The notes: a model not told the origin generated them from the letters alone. Shown: positions 39,497 through 48,566, counted from the first letter of the stretch. The stretch: DNA of 64,000 nucleotides from Candidatus Poribacteria bacterium (GCA_965222435.1 OZ244950.1:4075983-4139982); one strand, 5' to 3'. Translations and numbers: made by a program.

Positions 39497-41111
39497 AAAC
39501 GCTAAAGATGCTACGTGGAGGGAAACTATGTCTAACACAAATACCGCACGCAACGAAACAGCAAAGCCCGAAAATCAATCCCTACCCACCTTTGAACCAC
39601 GCGGCGATCGAAAACTGATCTACACAAGCGATCCGTCCAATCTCGCATTCTATCAGGTGGGACGACAGGTCGATCACATGACCAATGCAGCAATAGCGAA
39701 GGCAGACCCCGCCCGACGGGAAGATCTGGTCCAATGGGTGGATGCACTGGCGCATCACGGCGTAGACACCTACGCACAAGCGATCTACGCACAGGGATGG
39801 ACAGTCTTTTTCCGTTCAGATCGGTTTGAATACGACGCAAGACCCCAACATCAACGTTTTACCTCCATGATGGACGCCGGTATCACACCGTTGGAAGTGC
39901 TGATCGAGCAAACACACAAGCGAGGCATGGAGTTCGTCGCAAAGTTTCGCATGAACGACCGCCACGGCAACGGAGATCAGGGTGCGCGGTTCATACTGGA
40001 CAACCCTGCGTGGCAGCTAGAGGAATTTCCCGGCGGTCAGGACTTTAGCTTTGAGCCTGTACGAGATTACGTCTACTCCGTCGCCGATGAAGTAGTAGAA
40101 CGGTTCGATGTTGACGGTTTGCTGTTCAACTATATCCGGCACGGACACTGTTTTCCCACCGACGTTGCCCGCGACCGTCACCCGGTGATGACCGAGTTTT
40201 TGCGACGGATACGCGAGATGTTAGACCGGCGCGGAGCGCAGCAACGGAAAACCCTAACGCTGGGGGTAATGATTCCGCAAACGTTGGAAGAGTGCTATAA
40301 CTTAGGGTTCGATATCCCCACATGGATTCGGGAAGGTCTCATCAACTACATCTGTCCCTGCGACTTCCACTATGCCGATTTCAACGCGCCCTATGAGGCA
40401 TTCAGCGAGTTGACACGCGGATCGGATTGTCTGTTGTACCCTACGCTGGCCCCCATGATGTGTCGTGGGGATGCAACGACACTACTCAAGCCTGAAAATT
40501 ATCGGGCACTCGCACAAAATTTTTACGGCGCAGGTGCTGACGGCGTTTCGGTTTTCAACTACCAGTACCACTGGGCACGAAAGGGAGGGACCGCCCGCTA
40601 CCCGGGACCCGTCGAAGGCTATCCGCTCTCATTGAGCTATCTGCGCGATCTACGTGACCCAAAAACAGTAGCGAGTCGGACGCGCCACTACCGTTTCCAC
40701 CCTCTATGGGGCGGCACATCACCAACCGGAGCTATGAAGGACGACAAACTAACCCTCACCCGCGAGGTCGGCTCAACTGGAGAATACCGTTTCCGCCTCT
40801 GCGAACAATTTGCACACGGAACGCAAGTCGTCCTGTACTTCAGCGCACAGGGATTGCTCCCCACAGATGAAATCACCGTCGAACTCAACGGGACCAAAAT
40901 CCAAGATCTTCAGCGCGTCTTCCATCCAGATGGTCGATTGGAAACATTCGGACGACCGCTGCCACCGTTTTCAAGCGTGTGGTTCAACCTGAATCAGGAG
41001 ACGCTTAACAACGGGGACAACCCTCTAAAAATCCAACTCACACACATTGCCGCCGATACAAACAGCGAAGTTGTCATTGACGAAGTTGAGGTAGTGGTGA
41101 TGCCTGCGTAG
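39477..41111 (+). CDS. hypothetical protein, possibly a glycoside-hydrolase-like TIM-barrel (GHL-type) protein
   Basis: 544-aa ORF overlapping the AlbA_2 gene by 20 nt; the start may be the later Met at 39527. MNDRHGNG and other blocks weakly resemble glycoside-hydrolase-like families. Confidence 0.3.
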   Translation: MIQKQAKNAKDATWRETMSNTNTARNETAKPENQSLPTFEPRGDRKLIYTSDPSNLAFYQVGRQVDHMTNAAIAKADPARREDLVQWVDALAHHGVDTYAQAIYAQGWTVFFRSDRFEYDARPQHQRFTSMMDAGITPLEVLIEQTHKRGMEFVAKFRMNDRHGNGDQGARFILDNPAWQLEEFPGGQDFSFEPVRDYVYSVADEVVERFDVDGLLFNYIRHGHCFPTDVARDRHPVMTEFLRRIREMLDRRGAQQRKTLTLGVMIPQTLEECYNLGFDIPTWIREGLINYICPCDFHYADFNAPYEAFSELTRGSDCLLYPTLAPMMCRGDATTLLKPENYRALAQNFYGAGADGVSVFNYQYHWARKGGTARYPGPVEGYPLSLSYLRDLRDPKTVASRTRHYRFHPLWGGTSPTGAMKDDKLTLTREVGSTGEYRFRLCEQFAHGTQVVLYFSAQGLLPTDEITVELNGTKIQDLQRVFHPDGRLETFGRPLPPFSSVWFNLNQETLNNGDNPLKIQLTHIAADTNSEVVIDEVEVVVMPA

Positions 41112-41234
41112 CACGCTTGTGAAGCATCAACTCATTTTCATCTCTTATTTTTTCAGGAATCGTGCTATAATTTTACTGGCTATCCCTAAGTCTTAACCTA
41201 GCGCAGATTCCAAATAAATTGGAGGTAATGAAAG

Positions 41235-41969
41235 ATGGAAATGAGAAGCTGGTTACAATCCCCCTCAAGTCTCACACACGGTAACATCATTAGACGAGAA
41301 ATCTTCTCCAAGAAAGACCCCGACGATCCCCACAAACCGGGGGCAATCCTCAACTCGATTGATAGCTTCTCCCGGTGCTATCTTGAATCACGAATCGCAT
41401 CAATACCAACCGCTTTCGACGATCGGCAACTGATTTTCTACATCGTTGATGGAGAGGCAATTTTCGAGGGCGGCGACCTCAAGCAGGAGGTCCGCGAAGG
41501 AGACGGCATTATCGTGCCGCCGGGAACGACGCATGTCTTAAACAACGAGGCAAACACAACGCCCTTAGAATTTCTGATATTGGAAGAAACCCTTGCCGAT
41601 GCTCCAGGAACACCCCGCGAAGATGTCCTTATCAGAAACTACCGGGAGCAACACCTGAATCAAGGGCATTGGACCCATCTCGTCCACCCCATCTTCGGAG
41701 AGGTTGATGGACTTGCCAAGCTACATTTCGTCCTAATGGTAACAATCGACGCAATGCAGACCCCCGATACCCATGGGCATGCCGACGATATGGATGAGGT
41801 GTGGTATATGCTCGAAGGCAACGGCATCCACGTGGTAAGCCAGAATGTCTACCGGCAAGTTCCGGGCGATGCGGTCTCTGTCGCACCGTCAAACCCAGGA
41901 CATACCCTCATCAACGATACGGAGGAACCGCTCAAGACGTTCTACTTTCGACGCAGTGCAGACCCCTGA
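41235..41969 (+). CDS. cupin (bicupin-like) domain protein, copy 1. The 3' end is altered by a frameshifted 202-bp tandem duplication
   Basis: About 90% aa identity to the ORF at 42512-43240. GDGIIVPPGTTH and HGHADDMDEVWYMLEGNGIHV cupin motifs. Ends …FYFRRSADP where the paralog ends …FYFARYSR. Confidence 0.5.
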   Translation: MEMRSWLQSPSSLTHGNIIRREIFSKKDPDDPHKPGAILNSIDSFSRCYLESRIASIPTAFDDRQLIFYIVDGEAIFEGGDLKQEVREGDGIIVPPGTTHVLNNEANTTPLEFLILEETLADAPGTPREDVLIRNYREQHLNQGHWTHLVHPIFGEVDGLAKLHFVLMVTIDAMQTPDTHGHADDMDEVWYMLEGNGIHVVSQNVYRQVPGDAVSVAPSNPGHTLINDTEEPLKTFYFRRSADP

Positions 41970-42263
41970 TACCCATGGGCATGCCGACGATATGGATGAG
42001 GTGTGGTATATGCTCGAAGGCAACGGCATCCACGTGGTAAGCCAGAATGTCTACCGGCAAGTTCCGGGCGATGCGGTCTCTGTCGCACCGTCAAACCCAG
42101 GACATACCCTCATCAACGATACGGAGGAACCACTCAAGACGTTCTACTTTGCCCGTTACACGCGGTGATACGATGAGAGGAGAAAGCGAATGTCCACGCT
42201 GAAAGCGGGTGCCGCACAGACCAATATCACGCCGCCGCTCGGCGCATACCTCGCAGCAGTTCA

Positions 42264-42370
42264 GTAGGTTGGGTTGAACGGTTAAAAAGCGAATTCCTAT
42301 CAACGACAATAGAGATGCCGCCTGTCAACAACCCCATCTTATAGATGAGTGTAGTGAAACCCAACACTTT
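42264..42370. repeat. partial copy of the 18388-18611 MITE (5' TIR plus internal GTGAAACCCAACAC block, no 3' TIR)
   Basis: GTAGGTTGGGTTGAACGG…AGTGAAACCCAACAC read directly. Immediately follows a truncated copy of the start of the 43262 gene (MSTLKAGAAQTNITPPLGAYLAAVQ-stop). Confidence 0.5.
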
Positions 42371-42511
42371 AATCCAACTCACGATTAAGTGTTAGGCAGG
42401 TACAAGACCTGCCCCTACGTTGGATTCATGCTCTGTAGGGGCAACCCTCGTGGTTGCCCTTGTTACATAAAGTGCATAACTCCCCATTAGACAAATTGGA
42501 GGTAACGACAA

Positions 42512-43240
42512 ATGGAAATGAGAAGTTGGTTACAATCCCCCTCAAGTCTCACACACGGCAACATCATCAGACGAGAAATCTTCTCCAAGAAAGATCCCGA
42601 TGATCCTCACAAACAGGGAGCAGTCCTCAACCATATCGACAGTTTCTCCCGGTGCTATCTTGAGTCGCGAATCGCGTCAATACCAACGGCTTTGGACGAT
42701 CGGCAACTGATTTTCTACATCGTTGATGGAGACGGCATTTTTGAAGGCGGTGACCTCAAGCAGGAGGTCCGCGAAGGAGACGGCATTATCGTGCCACCGG
42801 GGACCACACATCTCCTAACAAACGAAGCGGAGATGCCCTTAGAATTCCTGATATTAGAGGAGACCCTTGCCGATGCAGAAGGAACACCACGAGAAAATGT
42901 ACTCATCAGAAACTATCGGGAGAACCCCCTTAGTCAGGGGCATTGGACCCATCTCGTCCATCCCATTTTCGGAGCGGACGATGGACTTGTGAAACTGCAC
43001 TCAGTACTGATGGTAACAATTGACGCGATGCAGACCCCCGATACCCACGGCCATGCTGACGATATGGATGAGGTGTGGTATATGCTAGAGGGCGACGGCA
43101 TCCATGTGGTGAGCCAGAACGTCTACCGGCAACTTCCGGGCGATGCGGTTTCTGTTGCACCATCAAACCCGGGGCATACCCTCATCAACGATACAGAGGA
43201 GCCACTCAAGACGTTCTACTTTGCCCGTTACAGTCGGTGA
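42512..43240 (+). CDS. cupin domain protein, copy 2 (intact paralog)
   Basis: 242 aa; same motifs as copy 1; RBS GGAGGTAACGACAAATG. Confidence 0.6.
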   Translation: MEMRSWLQSPSSLTHGNIIRREIFSKKDPDDPHKQGAVLNHIDSFSRCYLESRIASIPTALDDRQLIFYIVDGDGIFEGGDLKQEVREGDGIIVPPGTTHLLTNEAEMPLEFLILEETLADAEGTPRENVLIRNYRENPLSQGHWTHLVHPIFGADDGLVKLHSVLMVTIDAMQTPDTHGHADDMDEVWYMLEGDGIHVVSQNVYRQLPGDAVSVAPSNPGHTLINDTEEPLKTFYFARYSR

Positions 43241-43261
43241 CACCATAGGAGGAGAAAGCGA

Positions 43262-44560
43262 ATGGCTACGCTAAAAGCCGGTGCTGCACAGACCAATATC
43301 ACGCCGCCACTCGGCGCGTACCTTGCAGGTTCACTGAAGGCGCGCCATGCGACGGAAGTCCACGACGAACTCCACGCAAAGGCACTGGTACTTGATGATG
43401 GGACCACGCAACTCGCCTTTGTTATCTGTGATGTTATCTGCATCCCCCGCGAAGTATGTGACGCCGCCAAAGCCTTGATCGCGGAGCGGGTCGGGATTCC
43501 GGGCGAACAAGTGCTGATAGCGGGCACACACACCCACTCCGCGCCTGCAATGAAGCCGGGGTTTGAAACCATTCCCCACCAAGGCTACCTCGATTTCTTT
43601 TCGGTGCGCGTCGCCGATGCCGTTCAGCTAGCAGCGGGACGGGCGCAGCCGGCGAAACTCGGTTACGGCGTTGGAACAGAGTCGCGCTGCGTGTTCAATC
43701 GGCGGTTTCGCATGAAGGACGGCACGGTAAAGATGAATCCGGGGGCTAACAATCCCAACATCGTTGAAACCGTGGGACCCACTGATCCAGACATTGCCGC
43801 GCTTTTCGTCGAGACAGTTGATGGTCAACCGATAGCCGTCCTCGCTAACTATGCTCTACACTATGTCGGTGCGCCGGGTCACACGGTTTCCGCAGACTAT
43901 TTCGGGCTGTTTGCCGAAGAGATTCAAAAGATGGCAGGCGCAGGATTCGTCGCAATGCTCTCCAACGGTTGTTCCGGCGACATCAATAACATCAATGTCC
44001 ATCACCCGCTGACGGACCGACGCCCCTTTGCCCAGACACGGAAGGTCGCCCGGATAGTTGCAGCAGAGGTGTGGCGAACGTGGCAGACCACCCCAATGCA
44101 CGATGACTTGGGGCTTTCGGCGGCACAGACGGAAATTACGTGCGGCATACGGAAACCGACCAGCACAGAACTCGCCGAGTACGAGGCAAAATGGGCAAAC
44201 GCAAGCGATGATCCGACTGTCGATGAACTCTACGCACATGAACGCATTATAGTCAACGGGTGGGAAGATACCCGCACGACACCGATCCAAGCCTTCCGTA
44301 TCGGAGACTGCGGGGTCGCTGCATTGACGGGAGAAATCTTCTGTCAATTCGGTATTGACCTCAAGGCTGCCTCGCCGCTCAAGCCGACGTTTATCATCGA
44401 GCTTGCCAACGACTACACCGGCTACGTCCCAACCCCGATTGGGCATGAGCATGGCGGCTATGAGACATGGCTAGCGCGGAGCAGCTACCTCGCTCCCGAC
44501 GCCGGTGGACAGATGGTTGATGCGGCGTTGCAATTACTGAACGGTTTCACCGCCCCGTAA
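43262..44560 (+). CDS. neutral/alkaline ceramidase-like N-terminal domain family hydrolase (hypothetical)
   Basis: N-terminus KAGAAQTNITPPLGAYLAG…HDELHAKALVLDDGTTQLAFVICDVI resembles the ceramidase-like N-domain family. 432 aa. Confidence 0.45.
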   Translation: MATLKAGAAQTNITPPLGAYLAGSLKARHATEVHDELHAKALVLDDGTTQLAFVICDVICIPREVCDAAKALIAERVGIPGEQVLIAGTHTHSAPAMKPGFETIPHQGYLDFFSVRVADAVQLAAGRAQPAKLGYGVGTESRCVFNRRFRMKDGTVKMNPGANNPNIVETVGPTDPDIAALFVETVDGQPIAVLANYALHYVGAPGHTVSADYFGLFAEEIQKMAGAGFVAMLSNGCSGDINNINVHHPLTDRRPFAQTRKVARIVAAEVWRTWQTTPMHDDLGLSAAQTEITCGIRKPTSTELAEYEAKWANASDDPTVDELYAHERIIVNGWEDTRTTPIQAFRIGDCGVAALTGEIFCQFGIDLKAASPLKPTFIIELANDYTGYVPTPIGHEHGGYETWLARSSYLAPDAGGQMVDAALQLLNGFTAP

Positions 44561-44589
44561 TCAGGAATAACCCAATTCCTTGACACAGC

Positions 44590-44618
44590 CCTAATGAACC
44601 AATGAACCAATGAACCAA
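44590..44618. repeat. tandem octamer repeat (AATGAACC)x3, one member of a dispersed intergenic (W)ATGAACYA family
   Basis: Same motif, often as inverted pairs or palindromes, at 4378-4425, 5233-5260, 15021-15045, 20546-20563, 22681-22720, 22750-22775, 30388-30408, 32112-32148 and 56851-56872. Confidence 0.6.
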
Positions 44619-44637
44619 CATATTAGAAAGGACAAAT

Positions 44638-45702
44638 ATGGCTAAATACAAAATTGCAGTAATTCGAGGAGACGGCATTGGGATCGAGGTGATGGAGGAG
44701 GGGCTCAAGGTTCTCAACATTGTCGCCGACAGATACGGCATCACATGGGACTTTGTCGAGTTCCCTTGGGGGTCAGACTACTACTTCGAGCATGGGCACA
44801 TGATGCCACCCGATGCCCTCGATATACTGGCGGAGTTCGACCAGATCTATCTTGGCGCAGTCGGGCACCCTGACATCCAAGACCACCTTACACTCAACGG
44901 GCTTTTGCTGCCTATCCGGCGCAAATTCGATCAGTACGTCTGCGAGCGACCAAGTGTCCTCTATCCCGGTATCAACGCACCGCTCAAGGACAAAGAGGCT
45001 TGGGACATCGATCTCGTGGTGATAAGGGAGAACACAGAGGGCGAGTATGCCAACGTCGGCGGATTTCAGTACCAAGGGTTCCCCGAAGAGATCGGCGTAC
45101 AGGTCGGCGTATTCACCCGCCACGGCAGCGAGCGCGTCATCACCCACGCCTTCGAGCAAGCGCGGGTACGAAATAAGAAGCGCAAAGTCACATCGGTCAC
45201 CAAGTCCAACGCACAGGGTTACGGCATGATTGTATGGGATACCGCCTTCGAGCGAGTTGCGGAAAAGTATCCCGACATAGAAACGGAATCGTTGCTTGTG
45301 GACGCAGCGTGTATGGATTTCGTCCGGAGGCCGGAGGACTTCGATGTTGTCGTCGCTAGCAACCTGTTTGGGGATATCCTCACGGACATCGGCGCGATTA
45401 TCACGGGGAGCATGGGACTGGCTCCGAGCGGCAATCTCGATCCACAACGCCGATTCCCGTCGATGTTCGAGCCGGTTCACGGTAGCGCACCGGACATTAT
45501 GGGTCAAGGCATCGCCAATCCGTTGGCAGCAATTACCTCCGGTTCGATGATGCTGCGCTTCGTCGGCGAGACGGAAGCAGCAGACACGATAGACGCAGCC
45601 GTATTAAAGGTAGTCGAAAAGGGCGAAACCCTTCCCCCCGACCTCGACGGTCAAGCCACAACCTCACAGGTCGGGGACGCAGTAGTAAGCGCACTCAGCT
45701 AA
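44638..45702 (+). CDS. tartrate dehydrogenase / 3-isopropylmalate dehydrogenase family (beta-decarboxylating dehydrogenase)
   Basis: MAKYKIAVIRGDGIGIEVMEEGLKVL N-terminus; NLFGDILTDIGA substrate/metal motif; 354 aa. Confidence 0.8.
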   Translation: MAKYKIAVIRGDGIGIEVMEEGLKVLNIVADRYGITWDFVEFPWGSDYYFEHGHMMPPDALDILAEFDQIYLGAVGHPDIQDHLTLNGLLLPIRRKFDQYVCERPSVLYPGINAPLKDKEAWDIDLVVIRENTEGEYANVGGFQYQGFPEEIGVQVGVFTRHGSERVITHAFEQARVRNKKRKVTSVTKSNAQGYGMIVWDTAFERVAEKYPDIETESLLVDAACMDFVRRPEDFDVVVASNLFGDILTDIGAIITGSMGLAPSGNLDPQRRFPSMFEPVHGSAPDIMGQGIANPLAAITSGSMMLRFVGETEAADTIDAAVLKVVEKGETLPPDLDGQATTSQVGDAVVSALS

Positions 45703-45876
45703 TATGCCTTTCGTGAAAAACTCAATTTTAACTTGACCTGTCCAATCCCTTTTTGATATAATTACGCTTATCAGTAATGGGAATTATTACTAATATAATC
45801 CAAGTTGTTAGTCGTTGAAAGCCCATCGGTTTTCTTGTAGGGGTGGGGTTTCCCTGCCCGTCTGGTAAAGCCTTTG

Positions 45877-46100
45877 TCTTTCGCTCCAGAGGAGCGATAT
45901 GTCTATAGAAAGCGATGCGTCCAATCTCCGCGCTCCAGTTGCTTTGAATCCCGATCTTATCGGGGAGGAGCGCAATGTGTATAGCAGCAATAACAAATCG
46001 TCGCAATCCAAGCCCCAGAGGGGCGACTGCATGTTTTGTATAGGAGGGAATTCCGATTCCCGACTCTTGCGTCGGCTGCTAACGCTTGGTTTATCAACTA
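45877..46100. repeat. composite dispersed intergenic repeat: hairpin-ATGTNTATAGMA units plus a conserved 70-nt module (TGTRTAGGAGGGAATTCCGATTCCCGACTCTKGCGTCGGYTGCTRACGCTTGGTTTATCAACTAGCA)
   Basis: Related copies at 15036-15125, 37765-37850, 45877-46100 and 51400-51600. The 70-nt module is about 90% identical between 46030-46100 and 51520-51590. Confidence 0.6.
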
Positions 46101-46121
46101 GCAGCCTACGTTAAACTTACT

Positions 46122-46550
46122 ATGCGTACCAATATGAAAGAATTAAGCGAAGGACTGAGGCAAGAAGGCTATCGATTTACCCGTCAACGCCGGATTATCC
46201 TCGAAGAGGTGCGACGGCAGCAATGCCACCCAAGCGCGAAAGAGGTTTATGATGCGGTGAAGGTTCGTCTGCCAAAGATTAGCTTGGGCACTGTCTATCG
46301 GAGCCTCGGCGTTTTGGTCCACCTTGGTCTGATTCGCAAGGTGGAGCACGGCGAATACGCTCGCTTCGACGCGAACCTTTCAGAGCATCACCACCTAATC
46401 TGCACGGATTGCGATCAGTTACTTGACATTGAGGTGCCGCTCTCTAATCCACTTAACACACAGCAGTTCAAAGCAGATGGGTTTGAAGTTCAAGGATACA
46501 AACTGGAGTTATACGGCTTGTGTCCCACATGTGCGACCGAACGAAGTTAA
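46122..46550 (+). CDS. Fur-family metalloregulator (Fur/PerR-like)
   Basis: RFTRQRRIILEEV…HPSAKEVYDAV…ISLGTVYRSL…HHHLICTDCDQ…CPTC: DNA-binding helix, regulatory HHH site and two CxxC pairs. Lies upstream of katG. Confidence 0.8.
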   Translation: MRTNMKELSEGLRQEGYRFTRQRRIILEEVRRQQCHPSAKEVYDAVKVRLPKISLGTVYRSLGVLVHLGLIRKVEHGEYARFDANLSEHHHLICTDCDQLLDIEVPLSNPLNTQQFKADGFEVQGYKLELYGLCPTCATERS

Positions 46551-46596
46551 TCCAAACTTAGCCTTTTGAAAATGCGCTACACAAGGAAATATTACA

Positions 46597-46878
46597 GTGA
46601 ACTATAAGGTAACATTTATTTTTACACCACAACCGGAAGGTGGTTATACAGTAACATGTAAGGAATTGCCTGGGTTAGTCACCGAAGGTGATTCAGTAGA
46701 TGAGGCGTTAGCGAACCTCAAGGATGCCTTTGCCGCAATTCTTGAGCTATATGAGGATTTAGGACGTCCATTGCCCGAAGGTATTCAGGTTCCCGATGAA
46801 GAGGTCTCCATTGGAAGCATGCCACTACAACTGGAAACAGTTCTACCCGGATTAGAACCAACACTATCCCCTCAATGA
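46597..46878 (+). CDS. hicB: HicB-family antitoxin
   Basis: MNYKVTFIFTPQPEGGYTVTCKELPGLVTEGDSVDEALANLKDAFAAILE typical HicB (UPF0150) N-domain. Stop TGA overlaps the ATG of the next ORF (ATGA). Confidence 0.7.
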   Translation: MNYKVTFIFTPQPEGGYTVTCKELPGLVTEGDSVDEALANLKDAFAAILELYEDLGRPLPEGIQVPDEEVSIGSMPLQLETVLPGLEPTLSPQ

Positions 46879-47087
46879 GATACCGAGAAGTTACACGCAA
46901 GCTAAAAGCACTCGGGTGCCGTGAAATAGTCAGGAAAGGGCACGGATCTCATAGAAAATGATTCAATCCACTTACTAACGGATTGGCTTCCATACCGGAT
47001 CATGGCACCCGCGACCTGAAAACCGGAACCCTCCGTGCAGCCATCCGCTACCTAGGAATTGATTGGCAAGACTTCAACAACGCCTAA
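46875..47087 (+). pseudogene. hicA: HicA-family toxin gene disrupted by an in-frame TGA at 46959-46961 (codon 29, a conserved Trp position)
   Basis: MRYREVTRKLKALGCREIVRKGHGSHRK[TGA]FNPLTNGLASIPDHGTRDLKTGTLRAAIRYLGIDWQDFNNA. The full HicA-like sequence continues in the same frame after the stop. Confidence 0.6.
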
Positions 47088-47104
47088 TCGGTTAATCGAT
47101 ACTG

Positions 47105-47584
47105 ATGTACCGCTCTCTGAACCGTACCTGGAGGTCCTGCGTGAAAGGATTGAAGTTTCGCAAGGCACAGGCAACTGACAGCGAATTTGCTTTTGCCGTT
47201 AAGGAAGCAGCGTTCCGTGAATATGTGGAGCAGATCTGGGGTTGGGATGATGCCTATCAAAGGGATTTGCACAATAGGCGGTTTGATGCGCAAGATATCT
47301 GCATTATCCAGTTCTACGGAACCGACGTTGGTTTCTTATCAACGTCTAACGCCTCTGACACGCTCAACGTCAAGCAACTCTATCTCCTGCCTGAGTACCA
47401 AGGGAGGGGAGTTGGGGCAGCGTGCATGAAACGCATTATCGACGATGCCAACCTTGAACAAAAGCCTGTGACGCTTCAGGTGCTAAAAATTAACACCCGT
47501 GCTACTGCCTTCTACCAAAGATTGGGATTCACAATCGTCGATGAAAATTCCACACATTTTCAGATGAAAAGACAGCCCGAATAA
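47105..47584 (+). CDS. GNAT-family N-acetyltransferase
   Basis: QLYLLPEYQGRGVGAACMKRIIDDA acetyl-CoA binding motif (Q/RxxGxG/A). Confidence 0.7.
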   Translation: MYRSLNRTWRSCVKGLKFRKAQATDSEFAFAVKEAAFREYVEQIWGWDDAYQRDLHNRRFDAQDICIIQFYGTDVGFLSTSNASDTLNVKQLYLLPEYQGRGVGAACMKRIIDDANLEQKPVTLQVLKINTRATAFYQRLGFTIVDENSTHFQMKRQPE

Positions 47585-47837
47585 ACCGTAGGGGCATTTA
47601 TGGTGAATGAGACAAATAAGCGGACATTTGCCAAAGTCCCCCTCTTTCCCCCTGATAAGGGCGCTAGGGGGTTACGGATTTAGGCGGTTGTTTGTAGGTA
47701 CAGATTGCCTAATCTGTACATGGGCATTGACACTGTATAAGTAATTCTAAAATTTACCATAGTTCTCCTGTAGGTTGAAAACTCTCGGAACGGAGAGAGA
47801 TCTCCGAATCCCGACACCTAACGCATTCGGTGATTGA

Positions 47838-48416
47838 GTGGAAATTCCAAGCATCGTTATAATCGGTGATGAATCACAAGCAGGAACCTATATCCTGCGG
47901 ATTCACCTCAAAGCGGATACCGTATTACGATTCGGACGGTTCAAGAAAGGGAAGTTGATTTCAACCCCCGCCGGTGAATACGCCTATGTCGGCTCCGCGC
48001 TCGCAGAGAAGGGAGCGACCACGTTGGCGCGGCGGCTCATTCGACACGCAACGCGAAGCGGCGATCAACGCCCACACCGTATCCGCGAGACGATGCTCCG
48101 CCGATTTGCTGAATGCGGTTTGGGAGACGCGAATCTATTGCCACGACGGGGCAAAACCTTGCATTGGAACGTTGATTTCCTCTTGGACTTGCCATCGGCG
48201 GAACTTGTGGGCATCTCCGCAATCCGCTCACGTGAGCGATTGGAAGGTAGACTCGCCAAGCAGCTAGAGGAAGACCCACATACGGGGGTTATCGAGCACG
48301 GCTTAGGCGCGAACGATGTACCGGGCAATACCCACCTGTTACACGTCAATGCAGTGGAGGCATGGTGGACATCACTGCCGAATCTGTTTGCTAGCGTGGC
48401 TGAAGGGAACTCATAA
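47838..48416 (+). CDS. hypothetical protein, possibly DUF123/GIY-YIG-like
   Basis: GEYAYVGSA block resembles the DUF123 (Uri/GIY-YIG-like) core. Start uncertain. Confidence 0.3.
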   Translation: MEIPSIVIIGDESQAGTYILRIHLKADTVLRFGRFKKGKLISTPAGEYAYVGSALAEKGATTLARRLIRHATRSGDQRPHRIRETMLRRFAECGLGDANLLPRRGKTLHWNVDFLLDLPSAELVGISAIRSRERLEGRLAKQLEEDPHTGVIEHGLGANDVPGNTHLLHVNAVEAWWTSLPNLFASVAEGNS

Positions 48417-48566
48417 CGAGAGCCGTAGATACCAAGCGGGGCAAGGTGCCCCGCCTACTGCAAAATTGAATCTGCAAAGATCTTTTACAGAAGTCCGGCA
48501 GGCACCTTGATGCCGGAGTTACCCTTTGCCGTTACATCTCCCGATAAATCGGGACGGCAAGGATAG

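Noticed and set aside
46959-46961. UGA (and UAG at 37382) read as Trp through an alternative genetic code
   Set aside because: hicB, katG and many other genes in the window terminate at TGA or TAG at positions consistent with homolog lengths. The two events are better explained as point nonsense mutations or errors.
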